64,000 nt of DNA from an uncultured bacterium (GTDB lineage Bacteria > Patescibacteriota > Minisyncoccia > Phycocordibacterales > PALSA-1337), in NCBI GenBank assembly GCA_963851055.1, contig CAWKMY010000006.1:14663-78662 (forward strand), given 5' to 3'. The notes under the pieces are model-generated. The model was given only the letters and a program-made list of their open reading frames with translations. It did no database searches and was not told where the DNA came from. Shown in pieces: positions 19,578 to 29,189 of the stretch; the stretch's first letter is position 1, and the number at the start of each line of letters is the position of its first letter. Both the position numbers and the translations under genes were made by a program.

Positions 19578-20303
19578 CTAACTTGCGGACACCGCGGCCG
19601 GGCTGCGGCCATTGAAGTCAACGTCGAGCCAGCGGTAGACCCAGACCCACCCATCGCCGCGCCAGTAGAGGAAACGGACACAGAGGCGGCCACCGGCGTC
19701 GCGGTATATGGTGCCCCAGAAGAAGACGGCTTTGCCTTTCCATTCCTCCGGAATCAGATGGAGATTCGCCATATAGAAGTCCCCCAATTGGGCACCATAG
19801 ACCGGAACTTTCTCCAGCTTCTGGCGAAGTTTGTTCCCCTGGATCCATTTGCCGTCCTTCTGTCCGTCGTCCAGATGAAGCGCAACTTTCTTGGAGTCGA
19901 ACTTCATGGTGCCACGCACCCGATTGGGAAGCTGTTTGGCATCCGGCAGGATCGTCCAACCTTTCGGCACAGACGGAGCCTTGTCGAAGTCAATCAGGTG
20001 TTCAATGGGTTTGATTTCGGAGCAGCCGCGGATATACGAGAGGATTCGGCCGAGCTTGTCGGTATCCCCCGCGATCGAAGCAAAGTCTGCCTCGCGGAAC
20101 CCCACCTTCTTGGCGTAATCCTCGATGGCCAACAAGGACATGAGGAACGGCTGGCCTTGAATGACTTCCGCCGTGATGGCCTGTTTCCACGGTAGGGCCT
20201 TACGGAGCGCCTCGAGATGTTCGGATTCGACTCCGAACGAGGCGAGCAACTCCAAGGTTGCGGTGATTTCAGAATACGGTGTTTTGACAAGATTCCCTTT
20301 CAT
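19578..20303 (-). CDS. Probable DGR target (variable) protein with C-terminal variable region
   Basis: C-terminus FFWGTIYRDAGGRLCVRFLYWRGDGWVWVYRWLDVDFNGRSPAAV; last 40 codons are strongly A-depleted and mostly NNC/NNT. Confidence 0.7.
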   Translation of the reverse strand: MKGNLVKTPYSEITATLELLASFGVESEHLEALRKALPWKQAITAEVIQGQPFLMSLLAIEDYAKKVGFREADFASIAGDTDKLGRILSYIRGCSEIKPIEHLIDFDKAPSVPKGWTILPDAKQLPNRVRGTMKFDSKKVALHLDDGQKDGKWIQGNKLRQKLEKVPVYGAQLGDFYMANLHLIPEEWKGKAVFFWGTIYRDAGGRLCVRFLYWRGDGWVWVYRWLDVDFNGRSPAAVSAS

Positions 20304-20448
20304 AAAGGTCATCCTTTCTTTGTTTGGCTCCCTCTCGCATAGCGAAAGGTCGCTGGTTTTTGTTTGCTGGACTCTTCGCCACAGCATTCAAAGGCCTAAG
20401 ATTCAAGCCGCTAAATTAAGGGCTTTTTTTCTGCAATCTTCTAACTCC

Positions 20449-21012
20449 TTACTTCTTACTTCCTGCTTCTTCTCTTTTGAGTGGCAATCCCAGATATTCG
20501 AGGAAAGTGAGAGTGGTCTTCTTGTCGTTGGAAGTAGTAACGAGAGTGATACCCATACCGAAGACGTCTTTGAGGTCCTCATCCGAGGTCTCGGCGAAAA
20601 TACTGTGCTCTTTGATACCGATAGTGTAATTGCCCATGGCGTCGACGGCTGTGCGAGAAAGTCCGCGGAAGTCCTTGGTGCGAGGCAAAGCGATATTGAT
20701 GAGACGATCCATAAACTCTGTCATTCGAGGGCCGCGAAGAGTGACCTGGTAAGCGAGTGGGTCACCAAGGCGAGTCTTGAATGTGGCGATGGCTTTCTTG
20801 GCAACACGAAGAGCAGGCTTCTGACCGGTAATGCGGGCCATACGGTCAGCGATGAGCTCGATCTTCTTCTTGTCTTTGACCGAGCCAAAACCGGTTCCGA
20901 TAACAACTTTGGAGAGCTTCGGAGCTTGCATAGGATTCTTTAGATGGAGCTTTTCCTTAAGAGCGCTGAATGATTCCTTATTTAGCTGTTGAGTTGTCTT
21001 TACGTGTGTCAT
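20449..21012 (-). CDS. rplE: 50S ribosomal protein L5
   Basis: ITGQKP, VTLRG, ALPRTKDFRG, GNYTIGIKEH. Confidence 0.97.
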   Translation of the reverse strand: MTHVKTTQQLNKESFSALKEKLHLKNPMQAPKLSKVVIGTGFGSVKDKKKIELIADRMARITGQKPALRVAKKAIATFKTRLGDPLAYQVTLRGPRMTEFMDRLINIALPRTKDFRGLSRTAVDAMGNYTIGIKEHSIFAETSDEDLKDVFGMGITLVTTSNDKKTTLTFLEYLGLPLKREEAGSKK

Positions 21013-21035
21013 GGTAGTTTATTGAAAATCCGGAA

Positions 21036-21254
21036 TTAGCTGACTTTAACGACTTTGCTTGCGTGCATGGGCATTGCCCTCTCGACAACTTGACCTTTTT
21101 GGTCTTGCCTCTTTGAACGTTCGTGCTTCTTTACTGTATTCATGCCTTCAATGACGATCTTGTTTACAGCCGGAAAAGCGTGAGCAACCTTGCCGGTCTT
21201 GCCCTTGTCATCGCCTGAGAGTATTTTGACTGTGTCGCCTTTTTTGATATGCAT
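21036..21254 (-). CDS. rplX: 50S ribosomal protein L24 (short form)
   Basis: IKKGDTVKILSGDDKGKTGKV, PMHASKV. Confidence 0.95.
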   Translation of the reverse strand: MHIKKGDTVKILSGDDKGKTGKVAHAFPAVNKIVIEGMNTVKKHERSKRQDQKGQVVERAMPMHASKVVKVS

Positions 21255-21285
21255 GGTAGTTAAATGAAATGGGAAATTGTATCGG

Positions 21286-21657
21286 TTAGACGATTTCGGC
21301 GGCCTTAGATGCTATGGTTTTGAAACCAGCTTCGGCTATCTCGCGAGGAATAGGCCCGAATATACGTCCGGCAATAGGCTCTTTCTTGTCCTTCTCTATG
21401 ATGACTACTGCATTCTCGTCGAAACGGATGTATGAACCATCTTTTCTGCGAGTGGCTTTGATCTGGCGGACGACGACAGCATGGAGGACGTCCTTCTTCT
21501 TCACAGCCTTACGAGGTTCAGCTTTCTGAACAGACAGAACCACGATCTCACCGAGCTCCGCATAGCGCTTCTTTGACGAACCGAGCACCTTGAATATGCG
21601 TCCGATCTTTGCGCCGGAATTGTCTGCTATATTCACTATTGAGCGGGGTTGGATCAT
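21286..21657 (-). CDS. rplN: 50S ribosomal protein L14
   Basis: ADNSGAK, DGSYIRFDENA, RIFGPIPRE. Confidence 0.98.
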   Translation of the reverse strand: MIQPRSIVNIADNSGAKIGRIFKVLGSSKKRYAELGEIVVLSVQKAEPRKAVKKKDVLHAVVVRQIKATRRKDGSYIRFDENAVVIIEKDKKEPIAGRIFGPIPREIAEAGFKTIASKAAEIV

Positions 21658-21666
21658 ATCGGTATA

Positions 21667-21954
21667 TTATACGATGACCTTAAATGCTTTATTCTTGGAG
21701 ATGGGCTTGCAAGCCTCGATGGTGGCTGTATCCCCCACTTTCTTGGTATTTCCGACATCATGAGCCATGAGCTTGGTCTTACGGGTCTGGAACTTGTGAT
21801 ACTTGGCATGCTTGATGAAACGCTCTATGACTACGACTGTCGTATCTTTCATGCTGGCCGAAGAAACAACGCCTGTATAAGTTTGGCGGTTCACCTTCTT
21901 TGTTGAATCTTTGGAAGAAGCTTCGTCTTTAGTTGTTATCTTGGTTGCGGTCAT
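21667..21954 (-). CDS. rpsQ: 30S ribosomal protein S17
   Basis: GVVSSASMKDT, HAKYHK, AHD, KPISKNK. Confidence 0.95.
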   Translation of the reverse strand: MTATKITTKDEASSKDSTKKVNRQTYTGVVSSASMKDTTVVVIERFIKHAKYHKFQTRKTKLMAHDVGNTKKVGDTATIEACKPISKNKAFKVIV

Positions 21955-21997
21955 TGGGTTGTTGATACTACTTGAATTTGATTGAAATGTCTATAGT

Positions 21998-22192
21998 CTA
22001 GGCCCTCTTTCCATTATCAATAACAGACATGGCTGTCATGATGCGAGCAATGTCCTTACGGATGGTCCTGCCCTCTTTTACATTCTTGGTCTTGGCACCG
22101 GAAGCACCAAACCTGAATACACGCAAAGCTTCGCGCTTGTCGGAGACCAGTTTGGCTAGGTCTGCTTGAGTCTTATTGGTTATATCCTTCAT
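21998..22192 (-). CDS. rpmC: 50S ribosomal protein L29
   Basis: MKDITNKT..LRVFRF..IRKDIARIMT; upstream of rpsQ. Confidence 0.9.
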   Translation of the reverse strand: MKDITNKTQADLAKLVSDKREALRVFRFGASGAKTKNVKEGRTIRKDIARIMTAMSVIDNGKRA

Positions 22193-22430
22193 TTTGGTGG
22201 ATTTCATGGGGGACTGAATATAAAAAGCTCCACAGAGCCGTGGGAATAGACTACCAAAGCCGCTTGACAAAGTCAATGAAACGGCTATGATTGATTCCAA
22301 CGAGCAGGCAGGGACAAATTCCTGTAGGAAAAGCCATAAAAAGCTACTTGCCGAGCTGGCCTCCCCCGAAAGGGGGCGGTTTCGTCTCAACCTATGTTAG
22401 TTGTCCTAATATTCCTTCGTAGTATACTTA

Positions 22431-22943
22431 ATGTTAAATATGCTTAAAACAAGGTCACAACAACTGAACGAGCGTTTATACGAGAATGCAATCTTGTATT
22501 TTATCAAGTATTGCAACAATCAATACCTCGGCAAGACTAAGCTGAATAAGCTTTTGTACTACTTGGATTTCATCTCTTTCAGGGATACGACGAAGACCGT
22601 GAGCGGTGATTCGTATGTACATCAGGAATATGGTCCAGTACCCACTCACATGGATCAAGTATTAACCGAACTCAAAACAAAAGGAATTATTGAAACCGAG
22701 GCTATGCCATACAAAGACGGAGAAATGATCCGTTTTCAGATAAAGAAGACTGACTCCTTGAACGAGAATCTCTTCTCTAAGGATCAAAAAATCCTTTTGA
22801 AAGAAATCTGCGATGAATTCGGTAGTTGGTCAACTGACAAGATCGTGACGCAAACACACCTTGAAGCTCCATGGTTCTTCTCCAAGCCATTTGAAATAGT
22901 CGACTACAAATACGCTGAGGATATAGACTTTTTCCGAAAGTAA
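22431..22943 (+). CDS. Panacea/SocA (DUF4065) antitoxin-like protein
   Basis: KTKLNKLLYYLDF, SGDSY..YGPVP, THLEAPW. Confidence 0.85.
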   Translation: MLNMLKTRSQQLNERLYENAILYFIKYCNNQYLGKTKLNKLLYYLDFISFRDTTKTVSGDSYVHQEYGPVPTHMDQVLTELKTKGIIETEAMPYKDGEMIRFQIKKTDSLNENLFSKDQKILLKEICDEFGSWSTDKIVTQTHLEAPWFFSKPFEIVDYKYAEDIDFFRK

Positions 22944-22957
22944 TCTCTACTAACGCG

Positions 22958-23347
22958 ATGATCTGGATATATGTCGAACGCGAACAGTATGTCCGGATGT
23001 GCGAGAGGCTAAGGATTTCCACTGAATTGCGTGGAGCAATCAAAAGTTGGGCGCAGACGGTATCGAATAAAAGTGAAGCCCCTCGTTTGAAGCTAGTGTA
23101 TCGCTCACCGAATAATCGCTATGAAGCATGGAATGCTGGAATACCTAACCCAGAGAGCAATCGCGGCAAAAGAGGCGGATATCGCATTGTCTATTTCCTT
23201 GATCTTTTCGAAGGATCAATAAACTTGGATTTCATCGAGGAACGGAAGAACCTCGGATTTGGCAATGAACACCCCAGAGATAAAGAGAGATACAATGATT
23301 ATGTACGCGTGCTGAAAGGATATATCTTGAGATTATGCGCGGAGTAG
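22958..23347 (+). CDS. Putative RelE-like toxin paired with the Panacea protein
   Basis: NRGKRGGYRIVY motif typical of RelE/HigB-like toxins; 14 bp after the antitoxin gene. Confidence 0.7.
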   Translation: MIWIYVEREQYVRMCERLRISTELRGAIKSWAQTVSNKSEAPRLKLVYRSPNNRYEAWNAGIPNPESNRGKRGGYRIVYFLDLFEGSINLDFIEERKNLGFGNEHPRDKERYNDYVRVLKGYILRLCAE

Positions 23348-23371
23348 GGAAAAAGCTGTTATACTTCCGAT

Positions 23372-24139
23372 ATGAAAGAGTTTGAGCAAATAATAAAAGA
23401 GGCAGAAAAGCAAGAAGAAATCGTAGGCTTGATCTTGCTCGGTTCACGTGGCAAAGGATTTGAGAATGAATACTCCGATTATGATGCAGTGATGATCGTG
23501 AAGGATGAGTTTGCTGGTGCTTTTAGAGAAAGATATGGAAAACGAGATTTTAACAATGTTGAACTCGTGATAATGTCCATTTCTGACTTCAAGAAATATG
23601 CAGAATGGGGCAGTCCCGAATCGTGGGACAAATACGATTATGCCCATACAAAAATACTTGTAGACAAGACTAACGATTTACCTGCTCTTGTCAAAGAAAA
23701 AGGATTTGTGCCAGCAGAAAAATTGGAAGAGTTTATTGGTGGCTGTATAGATGGATATGTGAATGGGGCATATCGTTCGATAAAATGTATCCGTAATAAC
23801 AATCTATTCGGTGCACGCTTGGAAGCGTCTAACTCGATGCTTGACTTACTAACCTGTGTTTTCGCCTTCAATGGCAGATGCAGGCCTTTTCTTGGGTATG
23901 TCGAGAAGGAACTCGAGAAGTATCCGCTGGAATATCTCCCGTGGCATTCCATCGAACTTCTGGCAAAAATAGAAAAAGTGCTGGCAACTGCAGACCTTAA
24001 AACTCAACAGGAACTACTTATGGGAATTGAAAAGATGAGCCGTGAGACTGGGCATGGCAAAGTGTTCGATGGCTGGAAGGGCAAGGATAAGTGGGCGATG
24101 GAATATAAGCCCGCAGTAAAATCAAAAACCAAGCAGTAA
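23372..24139 (+). CDS. Pol-beta-like nucleotidyltransferase domain protein
   Basis: LLGSRGKG..YSDYD motif followed by a helical domain. Confidence 0.75.
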   Translation: MKEFEQIIKEAEKQEEIVGLILLGSRGKGFENEYSDYDAVMIVKDEFAGAFRERYGKRDFNNVELVIMSISDFKKYAEWGSPESWDKYDYAHTKILVDKTNDLPALVKEKGFVPAEKLEEFIGGCIDGYVNGAYRSIKCIRNNNLFGARLEASNSMLDLLTCVFAFNGRCRPFLGYVEKELEKYPLEYLPWHSIELLAKIEKVLATADLKTQQELLMGIEKMSRETGHGKVFDGWKGKDKWAMEYKPAVKSKTKQ

Positions 24140-24140
24140 G

Positions 24141-24566
24141 TTAACCCCTCGCCACTATCTTTGTCTTCATCGGAAGTTTGGTACCAGCCTTGCGAAGGGC
24201 TTCATGAGCTACAGCCGGTTCTACACCGTCTATCTCGAACATGACGCGACCTGGCTTGACCACGGCTACGAATCCGACAGGTTCTCCCTTGCCCTTTCCC
24301 ATTTTCACTTCGGCAGGCTTCTGGGTGAAAGGATGATCAGGGAAAATGCGGATCCAAACTTTACCGGTCTTTCCTGCATTGTGCATGGCGGCCTTGCGTG
24401 CTGACTCGATCTGGTTGGAAGTGACGCGGCCATACTTCATGGCTTTCAAACCAAAAGAACCAAAAGAAACTTCGAGACCACGAGTCTCTGTCTTCATCGA
24501 TTCCTTGGCAGCGTTCTTGCGCTTTGTGAACCACTTGCGATGCTTTACTTTCTTTGGGAATAACAT
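24141..24566 (-). CDS. rplP: 50S ribosomal protein L16
   Basis: [27 protein letters not shown]. Confidence 0.98.
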   Translation of the reverse strand: MLFPKKVKHRKWFTKRKNAAKESMKTETRGLEVSFGSFGLKAMKYGRVTSNQIESARKAAMHNAGKTGKVWIRIFPDHPFTQKPAEVKMGKGKGEPVGFVAVVKPGRVMFEIDGVEPAVAHEALRKAGTKLPMKTKIVARG

Positions 24567-24615
24567 TGTAGTTAATTATTCAATGATCAATTTTCAATGA
24601 TCATTGTGTTATTGA

Positions 24616-25287
24616 TTATTTCTTCATATCCGCCTTAAATATCTCACCCTTGTATATCCAAACCTTTATGCCTATGTCTCCATAAGTCATATGCGCCTTC
24701 TCGCGAGCAAAATCAATGTCGGCGCGCAAAGTCTGGAGAGGGACTTGGCCTTTCTTGAGCTCTTCTGAGCGGGCGATTTCAGCACCACCGAGACGACCGC
24801 CGAGACGGACGCGGATGCCTTTGACTTCTTTGTGAGCCATGACCTTTTCTATAGTCTGCTTGAGAACACGGCGGAATGGCAGACGCTTCTCGAGAGCTTC
24901 AGCTATCATCATTCCGGTAATGGCGGCATTTGATTCTGGGCCGCGGATCTCTTCGACATCGAGCTTGAGCTCCTGACCCTTGAGATCAATCTTGGCTTTG
25001 CGGATGAGAGTCATTACCTTCTCGCGCAGCTTGACGATACCGTCGCCGGCCTTGCCTATGAGCATACCTGGACGAGAAGTTTTGACGATAACGCGTATAC
25101 CCTTCTGGGTGCGCTCTATATCTATACCTCCGAGGTAGAATGAGCGCAATTCTTTCTGCAAGAATTCGCGGATAATAATGTCGGTCTTCAGTGCTGTGCG
25201 ATATTCCTGATCCACGCGGAACCAGCGGCTCTTCCAGTCGCGAATGATTCCTAGTCTATGAGAATATGGGTGTACGGTGTGTGACAT
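24616..25287 (-). CDS. rpsC: 30S ribosomal protein S3
   Basis: HPYSHRLG, RPGMLIGK, GRLGGAEIARSE, PLQTLRADID. Confidence 0.98.
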   Translation of the reverse strand: MSHTVHPYSHRLGIIRDWKSRWFRVDQEYRTALKTDIIIREFLQKELRSFYLGGIDIERTQKGIRVIVKTSRPGMLIGKAGDGIVKLREKVMTLIRKAKIDLKGQELKLDVEEIRGPESNAAITGMMIAEALEKRLPFRRVLKQTIEKVMAHKEVKGIRVRLGGRLGGAEIARSEELKKGQVPLQTLRADIDFAREKAHMTYGDIGIKVWIYKGEIFKADMKK

Positions 25288-25288
25288 G

Positions 25289-25618
25289 TTATTTGGAAGC
25301 TAATGTTATGGAAACGTGGCTGGTGCGCTTCTTTATAGGATGGGCGGAGCCACGCGATACTGGCATATGGCGCTTCAGGACATATCCCTGATTTACCTGG
25401 ATCTCTTTTACAAAAAGGGTTGCCTTGTCTAACTTGTGATTGTGAGAGGCGTTGGCAACAGCAGAATCTATGAGGTCAGCCAATGGATGACGAGCCTTCT
25501 TGTCTACGTTAGCAAGAATGGTCAAAGCCTGTGCTATCCCCTTTCCGCGTATCATATCAGCCACAACGCGAACTTTGCGTGGAGAAATTCTATAGTTCTG
25601 TAGGGATGCGGTGACCAT
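25289..25618 (-). CDS. rplV: 50S ribosomal protein L22
   Basis: RISPRKVRVVADMIRG, SAVANA, KKRTSHV. Confidence 0.97.
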   Translation of the reverse strand: MVTASLQNYRISPRKVRVVADMIRGKGIAQALTILANVDKKARHPLADLIDSAVANASHNHKLDKATLFVKEIQVNQGYVLKRHMPVSRGSAHPIKKRTSHVSITLASK

Positions 25619-25638
25619 GTTAGTTAGGAGTTAGGAGA

Positions 25639-25989
25639 TTATTTTTTGGTACTGCCCTCGGAGGCGGCGGCCTTGGCGGCGGATGCGGCTGCGACTTCAG
25701 CCTCCTTGGCCTTGAGCTCAATCTCCTTCTGCATCTTACCTCCATGGCGTACGAACTTCTTCGTAGGCGAGAATTCACCGAGGCGGTGTCCAACCATATC
25801 CTCGGTGACTAGTACTTCATTATGAACTCTTCCATTGTGAACGCCGAAAGTGAATCCAACCATCTCTGGAGAAATCTGTGAGCGGCGAGCCCAAGTTTTT
25901 ATGATGCCTGCTGTCGCAGGTTTCTTGCCGGCTATTTTGTGAAGCAGGCGTTCATCCACGTATGGACCTTTAGATAGTGATCTGGACAT
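25639..25989 (-). CDS. rpsS: 30S ribosomal protein S19
   Basis: [33 protein letters not shown]. Confidence 0.97.
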   Translation of the reverse strand: MSRSLSKGPYVDERLLHKIAGKKPATAGIIKTWARRSQISPEMVGFTFGVHNGRVHNEVLVTEDMVGHRLGEFSPTKKFVRHGGKMQKEIELKAKEAEVAAASAAKAAASEGSTKK

Positions 25990-26063
25990 AAAAAAGCTCG
26001 TAGCGAGCGTAAGAGGCATGGTAGCATAGCCAGTTTAGGCCGTCAAATTGGCGTGAGACAGGT

Positions 26064-26411
26064 CTATTTTGTGTATTTTATAGGCGCTTCCTGAACAGAT
26101 AATACTAGAGTATCTTCAGCCACCTCGTAACCATGTGGAACACCTTTAGGAAGATCAATGACCTGCCCTGATTTATAATCAATATTTTTGTCTCCGAGAA
26201 TAGCTATGCCTTTACCTTTTAGTATATACAACTTAGAAGAGGCCTCATTGTGTGAATGAACCGGGTCTATAACGCCTTTGGCGAGAAAGGCAAATACAAT
26301 TTGCTGACCATCTTCAAATACAGGAAAGATAAAAACATCTCGTTCCTCCTTACCTTTCCCAAGGTGTTTATGAGTGAGTAGATTCTTTAATATAATAAAT
26401 AAATTATCCAT
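26064..26411 (-). CDS. Cupin domain protein (AT-rich)
   Basis: HSH...YILKGKG...PKGVPHG. Confidence 0.8.
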   Translation of the reverse strand: MDNLFIILKNLLTHKHLGKGKEERDVFIFPVFEDGQQIVFAFLAKGVIDPVHSHNEASSKLYILKGKGIAILGDKNIDYKSGQVIDLPKGVPHGYEVAEDTLVLSVQEAPIKYTK

Positions 26412-26418
26412 ATTAATA

Positions 26419-27093
26419 TTATTTTCTACCCCAAACTAATACGCGTTTTCTGATTCCATAACCTGGACGGAAATACCTTAAGTACTTAGAACCAACTGAT
26501 TTATAACCAGATCTTTTAAGAGAATCTCTAAGATATTTTGCAGAGAACCAATATATATTTTTAAAACCATCGTGTATCTGTACTGGCACTTTCTTTGTCG
26601 GTGAATCATTTGCAATAAATAATACCCCGTCTTCCTTTAAAGCCTTTTTTGCCTCTGCCAGAAATTTTCCCACAGATGCATTTTTATCTGCTAAATGACC
26701 AATCACCCCATCGCTTAAGATCAGATCAAAATGATTATTGAGGTCGAATTTTCCTGTTGCATCTAAATACTTAACCTTGAGTCCTTTGGCCATAGCAAAC
26801 TTCAAAGCTTGTATCGACACATCGGTCGCCAACACATTGCAACCACTATCGGCTAGTCTCTTCTCTATAAAAGCATTGCCGCAACCAATACTTAATATAT
26901 TTGGCTTTTTTACCCTCTTTAGAAGAGATAGTATATCTGAGCAAATTGCTTCTAGATAATCTTTGTCAAAAGTTGATGGAGTAATCGAGCTCCCAACATT
27001 TTTTCCCTTTTCCCAAAGCTCAAATCTAGACCGACCATCTTGTACTGGTTCTTCATACATCCTCACTGTTTCTTTTATCTCCGACAATCTCAT
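26419..27093 (-). CDS. Class I SAM-dependent methyltransferase (AT-rich)
   Basis: ILSIGCGNA, ATDVS, FDLILSDGVIGH, LKEDG. Confidence 0.85.
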   Translation of the reverse strand: MRLSEIKETVRMYEEPVQDGRSRFELWEKGKNVGSSITPSTFDKDYLEAICSDILSLLKRVKKPNILSIGCGNAFIEKRLADSGCNVLATDVSIQALKFAMAKGLKVKYLDATGKFDLNNHFDLILSDGVIGHLADKNASVGKFLAEAKKALKEDGVLFIANDSPTKKVPVQIHDGFKNIYWFSAKYLRDSLKRSGYKSVGSKYLRYFRPGYGIRKRVLVWGRK

Positions 27094-27169
27094 CGCAAAA
27101 ATATATCATAATCGTAGGCAAAAAACCCGTAGCGCAATGCCACGGGCTGACTACTTTATGAAAAACAGG

Positions 27170-28090
27170 CTAATTGTGAACCGCCTTCGAAGAGCTGGCG
27201 CACAAGTCGTGAGCAAACTTCTCGACTGGCGTAAGGTCATATGCGGCAACGAGCCACAATAAACCGTGCGCCACACCAATAACAAGCGGATCTTGGCGCG
27301 GAATCTCCTTGACCTTCCAAGACTCATCCGGTGCTTCGGCGACGATAAACATGTCATCGAAGCGAGGACAACCTGGTTTTGGATCAAGCCAACCACGGAC
27401 TTGTTCACGAACATCTGACGGCATCACACCGCCATACTTGGCCGTAAGCTCAATCCGCTCAAGGTTTTTGGAGTCACACCAAGCGCCGAGGCTTTGGCGA
27501 AGATTCGCGTCCAAATAATGCGTGGCCATAATTTCCGGAATTTTTGGAGAAATACTGAATCCGGAAGTCGTGGTCCGTGCTAGGCCTCGCCTCTCGATCA
27601 ACTCGACAAGGGGAATGGCCGCTTGTCTTTCTTGAAAGAGATCATTCATCCAAGATGAACGGCCATCGTGAGTGAAGACCACCGTCATCGTATCACTGTC
27701 TAGACGGAAGATTGAAAAGGCGGGAAAGCCCTCTTGGGTCTTCCAAGACAGGAATGAAGGATCAATCGTCGGTAATTCGAACTCCGGAGTATGTTCAAAC
27801 CTGGCAATTTCCCGACCAACCACACCTAGCCGAAAATCAAGGGTGGTCTTCAGTTCAGTCTCGAGAAGCAAAGCGCGGTGCAAAGTATTTTGCATCAGGC
27901 GCCTGGAACTGTAGAGCCTTTCGAGCTTGACTGGGTCCTCCAATTCTTGGAGTGAGAGATGCCGAGCCGTCAATGCGGCGACTGGCACAAATTCACCGAT
28001 TTTTAGGAGCCGATTTCCTATTCTGGCTCCCATGAGCGGGGGTTGGGTAACATTAGTTTTCATAGGACTATGTGGTTGTTTGTTTTGCAT
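27170..28090 (-). CDS. Hypothetical protein
   Basis: 306-aa ORF followed by a hairpin; no family recognised. Confidence 0.65.
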   Translation of the reverse strand: MQNKQPHSPMKTNVTQPPLMGARIGNRLLKIGEFVPVAALTARHLSLQELEDPVKLERLYSSRRLMQNTLHRALLLETELKTTLDFRLGVVGREIARFEHTPEFELPTIDPSFLSWKTQEGFPAFSIFRLDSDTMTVVFTHDGRSSWMNDLFQERQAAIPLVELIERRGLARTTTSGFSISPKIPEIMATHYLDANLRQSLGAWCDSKNLERIELTAKYGGVMPSDVREQVRGWLDPKPGCPRFDDMFIVAEAPDESWKVKEIPRQDPLVIGVAHGLLWLVAAYDLTPVEKFAHDLCASSSKAVHN

Positions 28091-28263
28091 GGCTATCCTG
28101 TCGTCACTTTCAGACAGGACTCATGTATTTCCTCTATAAGTATAGCTCCGTATAAGATTGCAACAACGTAAAAGTTGATAAAAGGTGCATAACTTTTAGG
28201 CAAAAACGGGCTTACGATCAGGCCTTGTATACCATGCTATAATTCCCCCACAACTCCTCTTCC

Positions 28264-29082
28264 ATGGCATCCTCATATATCCCCGACACCATAGACTTCC
28301 TTGGGCAAAACCCGGTCTGGCTACTCGCCCTAGCGACGGCCATCATCCTGACTATCACCCTCATCAATCACATCCTTTGGCGCAAACTGAAGGAAGGTGA
28401 GAAATTGAAATATGAATTCATCACCATCATGGCCCACAAGTTCCGCACGCCACTCACCCATATCAAGTGGATATCGGACGAGTTGGTAGGAACGGTTCAA
28501 GACCAGCGGATAAAAGAGGGCCTGGAGCAGATACGGCGAGCCGGTACAAATCTAGTGGGACTGACCACCACTCTACTAGAACTGACCGATTCGAGAAAAG
28601 AAAAGACCTTATACGCTTTCGAACGGACAAACTTGTGCGACTTTGTCCGTACCATAGGCGAAGCAGCCAGAAGGACATTTCAAGAGAAGAACATTTCCTT
28701 CTCCGTAGTCTGTGACGATGGACCCGTTTTCGCCAAAATAGATAAGCCGCGCATGGAATTTGCCGTGCAAGTGCTCATGGATAACGCCTTTGCTTACACT
28801 CCCACCGGCAAAGTTGTGGCGATAACGGTCTCGAGGTCCGGACGCAAAGCGAACATATCCGTCAAAGATAACGGTATAGGTATCAGGCCGGAGGATATGA
28901 AGAAGATTTTCGGCAAATTCTTCCGGGCAGGCAATGCCCAGGCTATGGACACGGAAGGGTTCGGCGTCGGTTTATATCTAGCCAGATCAGTGGTAGAAAG
29001 GCACCATGGAAAGTTGGAAGCCTTCTCGGATGGAGAGGGCTTCGGCTCTACGTTCAAGATAGTTTTGAGAGCGATCAAATAG
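28264..29082 (+). CDS. Orphan sensor histidine kinase (HisKA + HATPase)
   Basis: AHKFRTPL, DNAFAYT, DNGIGI, GFGVGL, GFGSTF. Confidence 0.92.
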   Translation: MASSYIPDTIDFLGQNPVWLLALATAIILTITLINHILWRKLKEGEKLKYEFITIMAHKFRTPLTHIKWISDELVGTVQDQRIKEGLEQIRRAGTNLVGLTTTLLELTDSRKEKTLYAFERTNLCDFVRTIGEAARRTFQEKNISFSVVCDDGPVFAKIDKPRMEFAVQVLMDNAFAYTPTGKVVAITVSRSGRKANISVKDNGIGIRPEDMKKIFGKFFRAGNAQAMDTEGFGVGLYLARSVVERHHGKLEAFSDGEGFGSTFKIVLRAIK

Positions 29083-29189
29083 AACCCCGACGGGTACTAT
29101 TCCACAATTTCACCGGTGACTATGATCTTGGCGATTTTGTGAATGACAGCTTTGGTGGTCTTGATGAAAAAATCTACTATTGCCATTGA

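Noticed and set aside
19560-20943. Long + strand ORFs (19560-20195, 20161-20943) and similar ones at 31898 and 62576
   Set aside because: Antisense shadows of well-supported minus-strand genes; no recognisable motifs.
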